Part shown: positions 12,529 to 23,600 of the stretch, piece after piece
Position numbering within the stretch: position 1 is the stretch's first letter
Layout: each line of letters begins with the position of its first letter
Assembly (NCBI GenBank): GCA_054600435.1
Contig: BAAIJX010000020.1
Location: forward strand, 124,001 to 188,000
Source of the DNA: Neophaeotheca triangularis
Lineage: Eukaryota
Direction of reading: 5' to 3'
Length of the DNA: 64,000 bases
Notes under the pieces: model-generated
Seen by the model: only the letters and a program-made list of their open reading frames with translations
The model's database searches: none
What the model was told of the DNA's origin: nothing
Program-made: the position numbers and the translations under genes

Positions 12529-13702
12529 CTAGACCTCCTGCTTCATCCATTCTACCAGCTTCTCGAGCGCCTTGCTGCGGTGCGAAATCTTGTTCTTCTG
12601 ATCCTTGGGCATCTCAGCGTACGTCTGGCCTTCGTACTCGAAGCAAGCGTCCCAGCCTGCGTTCCAATCAGCATGCGAGGCGATCGTAGTTGCCAAAGAG
12701 AGAAGAACTCACCAAAATCAGTCGGTCCCCTTGCGGGCACAATGTTGCCCTATGATCGTGGCCATTCGTCAGCGATGTCAATTTTCCGGGATAGTCGAAA
12801 CCAGGGAACCCACTTTCGTCCGCCCTTGGAAGACGATCGGCTCTGTCCCAGGCCCTTCTGAGTACGCAAATGTACAGACAGCTTGAGCGGACTTATTCTC
12901 GAAGCCCTCAAGCAGCTTGTGGAAGTTTTGAACACCTAGTGTTTGCAGGAACCATTTACTAAAACACAACGACGATCAGCATACATTCCGTCCCAGGAAG
13001 GACTATCGTGAGACTGCGTTTTGAGGCTGTAGAGCTTGGAGCAGTAGCAATAGCAATAGTAGTAGCATAACCCCCCCAAAATACCAACAACCCGGGAAAT
13101 ATTTGACTCAGAAAGAAAAAGTGCACCTACACATATGGCCCAGGCAGCTCATCCCAAGCGTCAAAGCACAAGCACGTATCCTCAACTAACACAGCGCCTT
13201 GAACCTGTGTACCATGCAAAACGTTAGCAAGAGGTCTTCCTTTCTCTTCTTTCTGAACCAAAAGATCCCCCTTCATCCAACCGATCAAGCCCTCAGACCC
13301 CGTCCCCGTAGCCACCTTCAATTCCACCCGATTTAGGCCAACCCTAAGGTAACCAGTCCAATCTCCAACCCTCCCAAACTCGCTCACCACACCACGATAA
13401 ACCCATTCCCCGCGCGCAACCCAACTCCTCAACACGACGTCCACCCCCAAACCAACCCCTCCCAAGAAAAAAGCACCAAAAAAAAAAAAAAGCCACAACA
13501 AGACCGGGAAAAAACCCACCTGTTCAGCAGCCCTGACAGCCTTATCACGAGAAATCTCCTCGATCCCACCTTGCAACTCGGGCAAATCAATCTTCTTCGA
13601 AAGCAATTCCACGGGAGTCGAGGCGGCGAGAATGGCACGCACTTCGGCTAGTTTGTTGGCGTTGCCTGTGATGAAGTTTAGGGTTTGCGGACGGCCGGGC
13701 AT
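12529..13702 (-). CDS. HAM1: Inosine triphosphate pyrophosphatase Ham1; exons 13702-13520, 13204-13131, 12958-12814, 12749-12713, 12656-12529
   Basis: [55 protein letters not shown] all restored by four GT-AG introns. Confidence 0.93.
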
Positions 13703-14378
13703 TTTTTCTTTCTTTTTCTCTCGAGAAAGAGATGGAAGCGGAGGGGCTTGGGGATTGGGAAGCGTTTGGTAAGTCTTGGGTGGGTGGGTTGGTATGTTGA
13801 GAGAGATGGGATGGTAGGGATTGGAGGGATGGGTTGGAGATTGGTGTTGGGTGCGAGGGTGGATGTTGGTGGCGGGGCGAAGTGAGGTGAGTACTGAGTG
13901 TTGGTGAGTTTGGATGCCCGCTGGAGTCGCAGAGGGAATTTGCGTGGATGGATCACTGTGCACGATAAGACAGGGCGATGTGAAAGTTTGAGAAAATGGT
14001 CTTGGTGTAATCGGTGTCATGGAATGCCAACACCTGTACAAGGTTTTGCGTTTGATAGTCGGGTATTGATGTTTGGGGTGTGTAGAATATTATGCAAAAA
14101 TGCACTGTAGCAATTAGTGGAAATCACTAGACGACACATTGAAAACCATGTAGAGGTCGGTACTAGGGAGCACAGCTGTCATGTCATGGAGGCATCCCGA
14201 CTTGAACCTTACACCTCAAGCCGGACCACGTGGTCACAAATTAAGACAGAGGAACACATATTGACGTTTTCGAACTTTGATATTGCAGCCGTATGCTTGT
14301 CTAGACTGCAGTTCCCTCAACAGCGCATTGACACTGCTAACGCCACAAAACACTCGAGCCCGATGCTGACGCACTCCC

Positions 14379-15306
14379 TTACACGTTCTCAAGAACCTGC
14401 TCCTTGAACTCACGCTCGACCTTCTGGCCGGACTCGTCGGTGTTGGACTCGCCGTGGAGCGAAAGGAGGTTGCCGAGATCGAACTTGGGGGATTTGAGGA
14501 GCTTGAGCTTGCGGACGTGGACCTGAAGTTGTTGTTAGTCCCAGCCTCGATGCCATGTTTTGTCCTTGTTGCGCCGCCACGTACGTTCTGCAGAGGGTAG
14601 ATGCCCTGGGTGCTCTTCTCAATCTCGCGCCCAATGACTTCCGGGATGAGCTTGGTGGTGAGCTGGCTCAGGTTGCAGGCCGATCCCTCGCGGGTCATGA
14701 TGTCGACCATCTTCTTCCTGATCTGCCTCTCCTGCGAAGAACGAGCATAGGTCGTCTTCTTGATCTGGTTGGGCCTCCTCTTGGTGAAAGCGATGCAGAA
14801 GATGCGGACGAGGTAGTCATCGGTGGTCTTGACGACGGCGTTGGCCTCGATGAGGGATTGCCACTTGCGCACGAGCGAGCGCAGCTTGTCGGAGGTGAAG
14901 TCGAGACCGTAGAAGTTGGTGAGGCAGTTCTTGCCCTGCACCTCATCGACGCGCAGCTTGACCTTGCGGAAGGAGTGGTCCTCGTCCTTTTGGAGATCGG
15001 CGAGCGAGACCTCGAAGACACGGCCCTTGAGAGCGTCGTTGGCGTTCTTGAGACCGGTGGTGCGGTTCACCAGCGTCTTGCCGACACTACAGGGGTCAAG
15101 TGTGTTAGCTACATTGCGCCCGATTTGCCCATTTCCATAGCTCTCGTATTGTGCTGAAAGGTATTCGGTGTGGTGGTGTCGTACTCTCTGACAGCAAAAG
15201 TGCTGGGGGCCTTGACGGAGTACCAGTCCTTCCTGGCGAAGGGGTCGGTTCTCTTCTTCAGACCCTTCTTGCCCTTGGACAATCTCTTGTTCTTTCCGAC
15301 GGCCAT
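14379..15306 (-). CDS. RPS1: 40S ribosomal protein eS1 (S1/S3a); exons 15306-15185, 15086-14585, 14522-14379
   Basis: [56 protein letters not shown]; strong codon bias. Confidence 0.97.
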
Positions 15307-15314
15307 GATTGCGG

Positions 15315-15570
15315 CTGTAGGTAGGAAAGAAGGTTAGTAGAGACTGGTTGGCGAGTGTCGTGTCGTGTCGTGAATTGAAGCGCTCGCTGGATTGTCGTCA
15401 ATCCTGCGCTAGATTTTGAGGAAGTGCCGCGCTTCAACCAGCCGTGGGCTTGCGAGTCTTGGCAGGTCAAAGAACACACCGGCCTGCTGATTTCGGCGAA
15501 ACGTTGTTCCGGGCCGATCAACTCGCCAGCGACAACATCTGCCACCTACTGTACTTTCTCCTTAACTTAC
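15315..15570 (-). other. Probable 5'UTR intron of RPS1
   Basis: On the minus strand CTAAC + pyrimidine tract + CAG ends 8 nt before the ATG; GTAAGT donor at 15570 (alternative GTAGGT at 15549). Confidence 0.65.
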
Positions 15571-15777
15571 ACACATCTACGTCGACTCTCTCTCATTCTG
15601 AAGAGGGGCTAAGCTGATTTGTGGGTTTGCCTGATTCAATCCCATAACCTCTACTCGTCAGTCGTGCCTTGCTGGCGAGCACGTCCTCTCACAATCAAGT
15701 TCATAGAGCTATACATTCGATCATCATGCCAGACACATGCGTCCCAACCTGCGTCACAACTCTTCTATACTCTACGC

Positions 15778-16366
15778 TCAAAAGTCCGAATCCATCTCCT
15801 CCATGATAGTCTGATTGAGCAAACCATGACTTCTGCCCGAACCAAACCCATCCGACAGGCTTAATGACCCCGGAGACAGCATGGCTGGCTCCTGCTTGAC
15901 CTTCTCCTTCCGTTTAGCTTGCCGGTATTGCTTAGCTGTTCGCCCCGTTGGCTTCCTTTCGACCAATTGCTCTGATCGAAGCCCTAGTGCATTGTCTAGC
16001 ATGCTGTACATGTAGCTGACGATGAGCCCGCCGCAAAGGCCGCACAAAGCCGCCACGCCGAGATAGATGTAGAGGGTCTGGTGGTTTATTAGCTGGAGCC
16101 CGGATGTCTGGCGCAAGCGAGAGAGTTACCTCGAACTTTGCAAGCAATTGAAAGGGTGCGTTCAGGCAAGCCAGAACGAAGCGGCCTAGGTAGAGCAGTG
16201 GCAATGATAAGAAGGCGATTGGGCGGTACAGCAGTTTAAGGATCGTCAACACCACGATGGCGAGGTAAAAGAGCAGCTTTCCCACCGGCCAACATATCCA
16301 GTAGAGTATCGTGAGCGTCCAGGAGAGGTATATGTTGATACGTTCAACGTCAGGGTCGGCTTCCAT
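15778..16366 (-). CDS. Hypothetical membrane protein; exons 16366-16130, 16077-15778
   Basis: Two ORFs join in frame via GTAACT..CTAAT..CAG intron; hydrophobic segments, basic region, C-terminal TIMEEMDSDF. Confidence 0.75.
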
Positions 16367-16836
16367 CTTGTCCGTCAGACCTGATGTGTTGGCCGCGCTT
16401 TGCTGCTGGCGGTTGAATTGCCCTTTTATCAATTGTGGTTGTTCAGCGTGCCTCTGCAGCGGGATGCAGCGTCGGAACGAGGTCGAATGTTAATGTCCAC
16501 CTGGGCAGGCTGTGAGGGTGCATCCTTCCCTAAGGTACCTTAGGTGCATTGTTCTGCTGAGAAACGCGCTGAGAGGGCGCAACGCGGACGCGGTAGGTGC
16601 TGCCGAGAGCCGGGCTGGTGGGGTTGCCCGGCTCTTGAGGGGGAAATATGTATATCCATGGATGTTTTTATACAACAAACAATTCACGTTGATTCCTGGT
16701 ACTTGACCCATTCCTTACATACAGGAGAGTCCCGACAGTTCTCTTTATTCTGGTCAATTCGTCTAGGAAAAATCGCTCAGTGTCCTCGCTCAGACTCGAT
16801 CAGTCTCACAAACTCGCAATCGCGACATTGACCAAC

Positions 16837-18102
16837 ATGCCAAACCGTCAGCCAACAGAGATTAACGAGAAAAACCCCATAGCCAATGGCTCACTCCCAA
16901 AGCATCAAAGCCCGAAAATCCAGCCACGATGCTACTCAACCCAAGATCCCCCCTCCCTCGAAGCCTTCAAAACCCTCTGCTCCCAAACAACGTCATCAGA
17001 CCTCTACCCGCTAGCAACAACCATCTCCAAAAACATCCCCATCTACACCGGCGACACCATCGAACTCCACGACCCAACTCTCCTCTCCGCCTACCAAGAT
17101 GAATGGCACCACAACCTGATCCACGGGCCAGGCGTCTTCGTGGTCCAAAACTTCTTCCCCCCGTCCTCCATCGACGCCACAATCACCCCAGCCAACGCCA
17201 CCTTCAACCAAATCATCACCGACGAAACCACGGCCAATTCCACCAACTCCTCCTCCCAAAAAGGCGACCACTTCGCCCCCACCGGCGCCAACGCCCGCAT
17301 CTGGAACTCCTTCAACAAACACTGCCACCACTCCCCCACCTCCTTCCTCCCCTACTACTCCAACCCCTTATTCCAACTCGTAGCCGAAGCCCACCTCGGC
17401 CCCAGCTACCAACTCACAACCCAGGTGAACATCGTAAAACCAGGCGGGGCGCCGCAAACCGCCCACCGCGACTACCATCTCGGCTTCCAAAACCCGCAGA
17501 CTGTTTCCCGCTGGCCGAAAGCCGTGCACGCCATGTCGGCGTTGCTGACGCTCCAGGGTGCCGTCGCGCATAGCGATATGCCGCTCGAAAGCGGTCCGAC
17601 GAGGTTACTGCCTTTTAGCCAGTTGTTCGGGGAAGGGTATTTGGCCTACGGGCGACGGGAATTCCGGGAGTACTTCGAGGGGGCTTGGGTCAGTTTGCCT
17701 CTGCGGAAAGGCGATGCGGTGTTCTTCTCGCCGGCGCTGTTTCACGCTGCCGGCGAGAATGTGACGGTGGATGTGGAAAGGGCGGCGAATTTGCTGCAAG
17801 TGAGCTCGGCTTTTGGGCGCGCCATGGAGAGTGTGGATTCTTTGCCGTTGGTGGCTAAGACGTGGGAGGGTTTGCGGGACTTGTATGGGAGGCTTGGGTG
17901 GGCGCCCGAGGTTAGGGCTTTTGTCGCGAATGTTGCGCAGGGCTATCCGTTCCCGACGAATTTGGATCGTAGACCGCCTGCGCCTGGTGGGATGGCGCCG
18001 GAGAGCGAGCAGGATGTTTTGAGGAAGGGGTTACAGGAGGGTTGGGGGATGGAGAGGGTTGTGGGGGAGCTTACTGCTATGAGAGAGGCTTCGAGGGCCT
18101 AA
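16837..18102 (+). CDS. Phytanoyl-CoA dioxygenase (PhyH) family Fe(II)/2-oxoglutarate dioxygenase
   Basis: GPGVFVV, VKPGGAPQTAHRDYH (HxD), ESGPTRLLPFSQ, GDAVFFSPALFHAAG (distal His). Confidence 0.88.
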   Translation: MPNRQPTEINEKNPIANGSLPKHQSPKIQPRCYSTQDPPSLEAFKTLCSQTTSSDLYPLATTISKNIPIYTGDTIELHDPTLLSAYQDEWHHNLIHGPGVFVVQNFFPPSSIDATITPANATFNQIITDETTANSTNSSSQKGDHFAPTGANARIWNSFNKHCHHSPTSFLPYYSNPLFQLVAEAHLGPSYQLTTQVNIVKPGGAPQTAHRDYHLGFQNPQTVSRWPKAVHAMSALLTLQGAVAHSDMPLESGPTRLLPFSQLFGEGYLAYGRREFREYFEGAWVSLPLRKGDAVFFSPALFHAAGENVTVDVERAANLLQVSSAFGRAMESVDSLPLVAKTWEGLRDLYGRLGWAPEVRAFVANVAQGYPFPTNLDRRPPAPGGMAPESEQDVLRKGLQEGWGMERVVGELTAMREASRA

Positions 18103-18538
18103 GGATCGTGATTGATGGTTTGGTGGGTTAATTTGTCTTCTACCTACCCGGATCGGTGCTCTTGCTTTCTAGGCTCGTTTCTGCTGTCGTTTCCGCCGTC
18201 TCTCACGTTTCCGCCTTTTCCACTCATCATGGGCCATTGCTGAGGCGACCGAGCGGGGGTGTTTCATCGCCCTGCGTGCATCCTACTTGGATGTTTCTGA
18301 CTACGGCCGCCCGGCTATCTCCATGCGTCGCTTTACAGGGAGCTTGTCCCGTTCAAGCGATCGAGATGCGGCTAGCAACCCAGTCAGCGCAGCTCCACAG
18401 ATCAGCAAGACAGACAACGTACACAATCGATGTAAATCGGCAGTCTCCCACTGGCAGTGCGGTGCCTCATCGGATAAACGGTAGCTTCGTAACCCTCCAA
18501 ATACTCGGGGGCATTCTCGACGCTCTCGCTTTCGTCCT

Positions 18539-19549
18539 TCACCCCTGTTTGGCGTTCCTGAAGAGATCCAGCAGCAAGCCCTGGTTCGTTGGCACTTGCG
18601 GAGGAGGCATGTTGGAGGGCATGTCTTGCGACTGCGGCCTCGACTGCGAGAGCTGCGGCATCAATGGCTGCATTGGTGGTTGCTGAGAAGCGGAAGCGGG
18701 GCGCTGTAGGCTATGGAAGAAATCAGCATCGCTTGTTGAACGAAATTGGGAAGGTTGCGGTTGTGGTGGTTGCCGCTGGAAGAATTGTGGAGGCTGTACT
18801 GGTTGTTGAACGGGCATGGGAGCTGGCGGATGCGGGGCTTGCTGTTGGGCCTGAGGCGCGCCGTTGTGGCCGAACAGGGCATGGAGGGGTATCTGCTGGC
18901 CTCGAGTCTGCTGCTGCGGCGCATAAGTCTGCCCAGCTGGTCCTTCGAAGTCGACCTGGCGCTCCTGCTCTTGCTGAATGGGCCCCTCGCCACGCGCAGT
19001 CTCGGCGCGCACGACACACTCCTGGATCTTGCTGCTAACAATCTGACGAGTGTTGACAGCACCCAACTCGGCATCTTCCAAAATCCACAGGCCAAACACC
19101 TGCGTCTTGCCCTCGGCGCTCTCGTCAGGGACTTGCAGGAAGACCCAATCGTCCGTGACCTCCACGTCTTCGTTACTCTTAATCTCCGCGACAAAGTTCT
19201 CCATGCTCTTGCGGTTTAGGATGATAACCTTGTAGCGAACCTGCCCATTGGGTTCGTCCAGCTGGCACACGAAGAGCGTTCCCTCAATGCCATACTTTTC
19301 CCACTGCCCCGTCTCCACGGCGAGGTTGTAGACGGTGGCGAAGTTGGCGATTGCTTCGATTGCGCGGATGTGGGGGACATAGCGGCGGAGTACGGCCATG
19401 TTCGTGTCGGTGATGCTGCGTTTGGGCGGTGGAGCGGGAAGGACGGTATTGTAGTCGGTGGCATTGTCGGTTTCGTACTCGGAGTTGACTGTGGCTTGAT
19501 ATTGCTGGCTATTGCGCGCCGGGTTACGGTTACGCTTGGGAGGAGGCAT
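18539..19549 (-). CDS. DCP1: mRNA decapping subunit Dcp1 (EVH1 domain + Q/P-rich tail)
   Basis: NMAVLRRY, WEKYGIEGTLFV, IILNRKSMENF, VFGLWI; tail ends LLLDLF. Confidence 0.85.
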   Translation of the reverse strand: MPPPKRNRNPARNSQQYQATVNSEYETDNATDYNTVLPAPPPKRSITDTNMAVLRRYVPHIRAIEAIANFATVYNLAVETGQWEKYGIEGTLFVCQLDEPNGQVRYKVIILNRKSMENFVAEIKSNEDVEVTDDWVFLQVPDESAEGKTQVFGLWILEDAELGAVNTRQIVSSKIQECVVRAETARGEGPIQQEQERQVDFEGPAGQTYAPQQQTRGQQIPLHALFGHNGAPQAQQQAPHPPAPMPVQQPVQPPQFFQRQPPQPQPSQFRSTSDADFFHSLQRPASASQQPPMQPLMPQLSQSRPQSQDMPSNMPPPQVPTNQGLLLDLFRNAKQG

Positions 19550-20680
19550 TGTCGCAACGCCTTGTTTGGCTTTGTTGACTTGCTGTGTAGAGTGAGCTCT
19601 AGAGACGCGTGAGAGTGGAAGGCAGAGGCGTAGATACCTTACCTACATTAGCTGTCTTATCGATAACATGGCCAAAATCCGGTTGCGCTAGCAGTCCTGC
19701 CGAAGACCCGCCGACGCGCAGACACAAAACCAGCTCCCCCTTCCAAATAACTTCCTCTTCCTCTCTTCTCTCTCCATACTTACCTTGTCAGCCCGTGGGC
19801 GCTCACGCATGCCTTCCGGGTGCGAAGACTCTCTGCATTGCACATCGCGGTAGAGTCTTTGCATGAGTCTCCTTCGGGGGCCTCACTGGCGGAATTTTTG
19901 ATGGTTCACTACAGACAAACCCCACCCTTTTCATCAATTGCTTGAGTTACTACTACTGTGGCTTGGGCTTGGAGAAGAGCGACGAGCCTGAGGAAGAAGA
20001 CCGAGTGCGGACAGCCTTTTCCGTCGTAGATATCTAGGCCTTCAAGCTTACACCTTGAGAAACCTCTCCGCGACCTAGAAGCGCGCTGTCTTTCATCGAG
20101 AAGCTTCATATGCCGCCCTTCGTCGCTGATTTGGAACATCGCAGACGGGTTGGCCGTTTCGACTCAGCGCGCCCGTCACTCGACCGCGCCTTGCTTTTCT
20201 TTCGATGCTCACTCAATCTCGTTGCCGTCCACAAGACGGCACAGCGCTTTCTGCAAAGCGATAGCATTAGTCCTTTCACCAGACGCCCCGCAGTACTGCA
20301 CGAACTCACTCACTTCGATGGAACGATTGAAACCCCCTTTCCACACCACCAAGAGCTGGAGCATCCTGTAAACAACCCAATACGCCTAGGCCACCAATTC
20401 TGACACACATCGCTCGTTGCACATGCACACGGCGGGTCAAAGATGTATGCTACAAACGTGACATACGGATCACTCCTACGTCGGAAAGCGTTGGATGTTA
20501 TAATAGAGTCAAGAAGATCTTCAACCACCGTTGTGGTTGCTACTCTACAAAAATCCCGCGAAAAACAAGCTAACAACACACAATCTACTAGCTAGCCCGT
20601 CCGCGCGAAAATCCACGCCAAGCAAGTCTTCCTCCTCCGCCCAGTCCCTCGACCCACTCGCACCCCTGCAAGCAGATCGC

Positions 20681-23600
20681 CTACCTCATCCCCCCACCCT
20701 GCCCGGGCGGCGGAGGAGGCGGACCACCATACCCCCTCCCCAGCGGCGTGCGCCGAGCCATAGCCTCCTCCTCCATCTGCCTCCGGCCCATCTCCCGATT
20801 TTGACCATCCGCAGGCCTAAACATGCCCATGCCGCTCTCGTGCCTCAAACGCTCTGGGTCGCGGTATCGCCGCTCTTCCTCCGCGTACCGCTCGTGCTGG
20901 GCGGCGGCGGCTTCTTCGGCTTCGCGGCGGGCCCTTTCCCGGAGACTTTCGAAGGGGCGCCCGCCGTAATGCGCGGGTACGGGTTGCATGGCTTGCTGTG
21001 GGGGTTGTGAGCCTGGGATTTGCGGGGCGCGGGCGAACTGCTGCTGCTGCTGCTGTTGATGGTGCTGTTGCTGTTGATGCTGAGCAGCTTGCGCATTTGC
21101 CTGAGCCTGAGCCTGAGCCTGGTGTTGTTGTTGTTGCTGCTGATGTTGTTGCTGCTGCATCTGCTGCTCCTGGCGCTGTCGCTCGTTGACACGCTCTTGT
21201 TCATACTGTCGTTCGAGCGGGTGGCGCTGGTTTGCGTTGTAGACGTCCCAGTTACGTTGTTCAATTTCGCGATCGCGCCGGTAGGCGTCGAAATCCTCTT
21301 CTCGCTTGCGTTGGGCTGCATATGTGAGATCCTGTTGCTGCCTTGCGATGTCGTGGCGCATAACCTCTTCACGGCTTGGCTGGCGCGAGTGTGGTTGCAT
21401 CGCCGGAAAGCCACCCATAGAAGTTGCGTGGGCGTGGTGCGCGTGACTAGGTTGCTGTGCTGGAGCTTGCGAGAAGGGCGGATTAACGCGAGCATACGGG
21501 TTGCTGTGCAGTGCCGCAGACCCTGGCGGGCCTGATTGTGGCTGCTGCTGCTGCATCTGGCCCGGTAGCGCTGACAGAGGCTCCCGAAGCTCTCTAGGAT
21601 CACGAGCCTCGCGCATATCTCGCACGTCTCTAAATTCTCTTCCATCTCTCGGGTCCCTCATCTCCCGCACGTCTCTGATGTCGCGCATGTCCCTGATTTC
21701 GCGCGGATCACGTCCGTCCCGCGGATCCCTCATCTCTCTTGCATCCCGGCCCAGCTGCGAGCCGACTTGACCAGTGTGAGACGACGTTCTGGAATGAGAG
21801 AGCACGTTGCCGTACGGTGGTGGTGAAGGGTTAGCTCTGAGGGGCTCATTGAGTTTGCCGAGAGTACCAGCGCGATGCTGCGAGAATCCCCTCATGTCAC
21901 GCTCTGCGGCCGCAGCCTTAGCGGCTCCATCGCGAGAACTTTGCGACAGAGCCGAAGCAGCCCAATCGCGATTGGGAGGCTGCTGTTGAGGTTGACTTTG
22001 TGGCAAGGGGCTGCCGTGGCTGGGAGGCTCCTGCTTGACGGCCGGGTTTTGGCTAGCAATCGATTGACTGAAATTGCCAAGCGCAGGGCGAGCGAATGAC
22101 GATTGCGACGCAGCTGATCGTCCAAACATCATCTCCTGTCGATTATGCATCGCACCAGGAGTTGGCATTGGGGACTGACCGATGTGAGCGTTAGCGGGTG
22201 ACTGTGTACGTTGGGATGGTGCAAAAGGTGGCACCCCTTGATCACTGCTGATACGCTTCGGCTGCTGAGGTGGTGGCTGCTGAGGCGGTGGCTGCTGCTG
22301 TTTTGGCTGCTCAGGTTCGTCGTTGAGAAGAGCAGACAGATTCGACCGCTTAGGCGGCTCCGGTGGTGCAGATGGTCTAGGCGGCTGCATCGGAGGCACG
22401 GCAGGTACCGAACTTGGTCGCGGCTCGCTAAGGCGAGGCTCTTCTTTCTTCGTCGGGGACTGGTTGAACGCCAATCGACTGCCTTGACCAGACCACGGGC
22501 TGGCACCAACAGGTCGCATACCACCTGGTGGCTCATATGGAGCTCGCTGCTGCGACATAATTCCGGTTGGCAGTCCAGACACAGAGTGACGTGGTGGCGA
22601 ACGTGCTCGTTCCTCAGTCATTTGTCTGCGTTCTGGCTGAGTTGGTGGCGGCTGACTTGTCGGCGGCTGTTGGAGAGATCCGGGTGGGTAGACGCTTGGC
22701 CGCTGGAATTGGCGCTGCTGCCCCTGCTCCATGTTCAACTGTCCGTTTTGTATCCTCATCGCCTTCTCTTGCTCCTCTCTGAGACTGCTAATGAAGCCAG
22801 GATCGGTGCCGTCGGGCGTCGACCTCGGAGGTTGCTGTTGCTGGACAACGTTATGTGCCTGGGGGCTGCCTCTCGTGAATGATGGAGCGCTGGACGTTAA
22901 CGCTGGACGTGCCTCGGGTCTGGAGTCGGCTAGAACAGAGCTGCGAGATACCCCTCTAGACATAGTGTTAAGAGGTGTTCGAGAGGTGACGGTTGCAGCA
23001 GACGTCGGTGCTGGGCTAGGCGCAACACGCTGAGCTGGCACGGGGGTGCTCTGAGCTGAAGCTGTGAAGCGGGATTGTCCTTGAATCTGGTTTGGAGGCG
23101 AGGCTTGCGCTGGATGGGCCGGCTGTTGTCGTCGCGACTGCGGCGCCGGTTCGTCCATGTCCATAACGTCCGCCTGTGGTGCCAAGGTTCGAGGTGCATT
23201 CTGTGTGGGGTTGTCGTACTTGCGCTTGACGATGGGCGTCGGGGTTGGTGGAGCGCCCATGTTCTCTCCTCGCGCCCGCTTAGCATTAGCAGTCTCGGCA
23301 GCCTCCTGCAAGGCTGCACGCGTCCCTCCCTCTACCTGCCGCTGAAAATGGTTCTTGATCATAGTCTGCGTCTTAGTGCCCATATGGGCTGCAATCGCAG
23401 CAAAGTCGGTTCCGAAATGCCCAATGTATTTTACGAAATCGCTCTGCTCCGGTACCGACCAGTAGCTTGAAGCGCTTGGCCGTGAAGGAGCAGAGGGACC
23501 TTGAGGTTTGACACGTTCGGGCTCTTCCGGCGGCGCAGCTTGCTGAGGAGTGGCTTCTTGAAAGACGATCTGTTGGCCTTCGGGGACAAACATGCCTTGC

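Noticed and set aside
13703..14041. N-terminal extension of the 304-aa ORF upstream of HAM1
   Set aside because: C/A-rich leader lacking stops by composition; conserved Ham1 begins at 13702.
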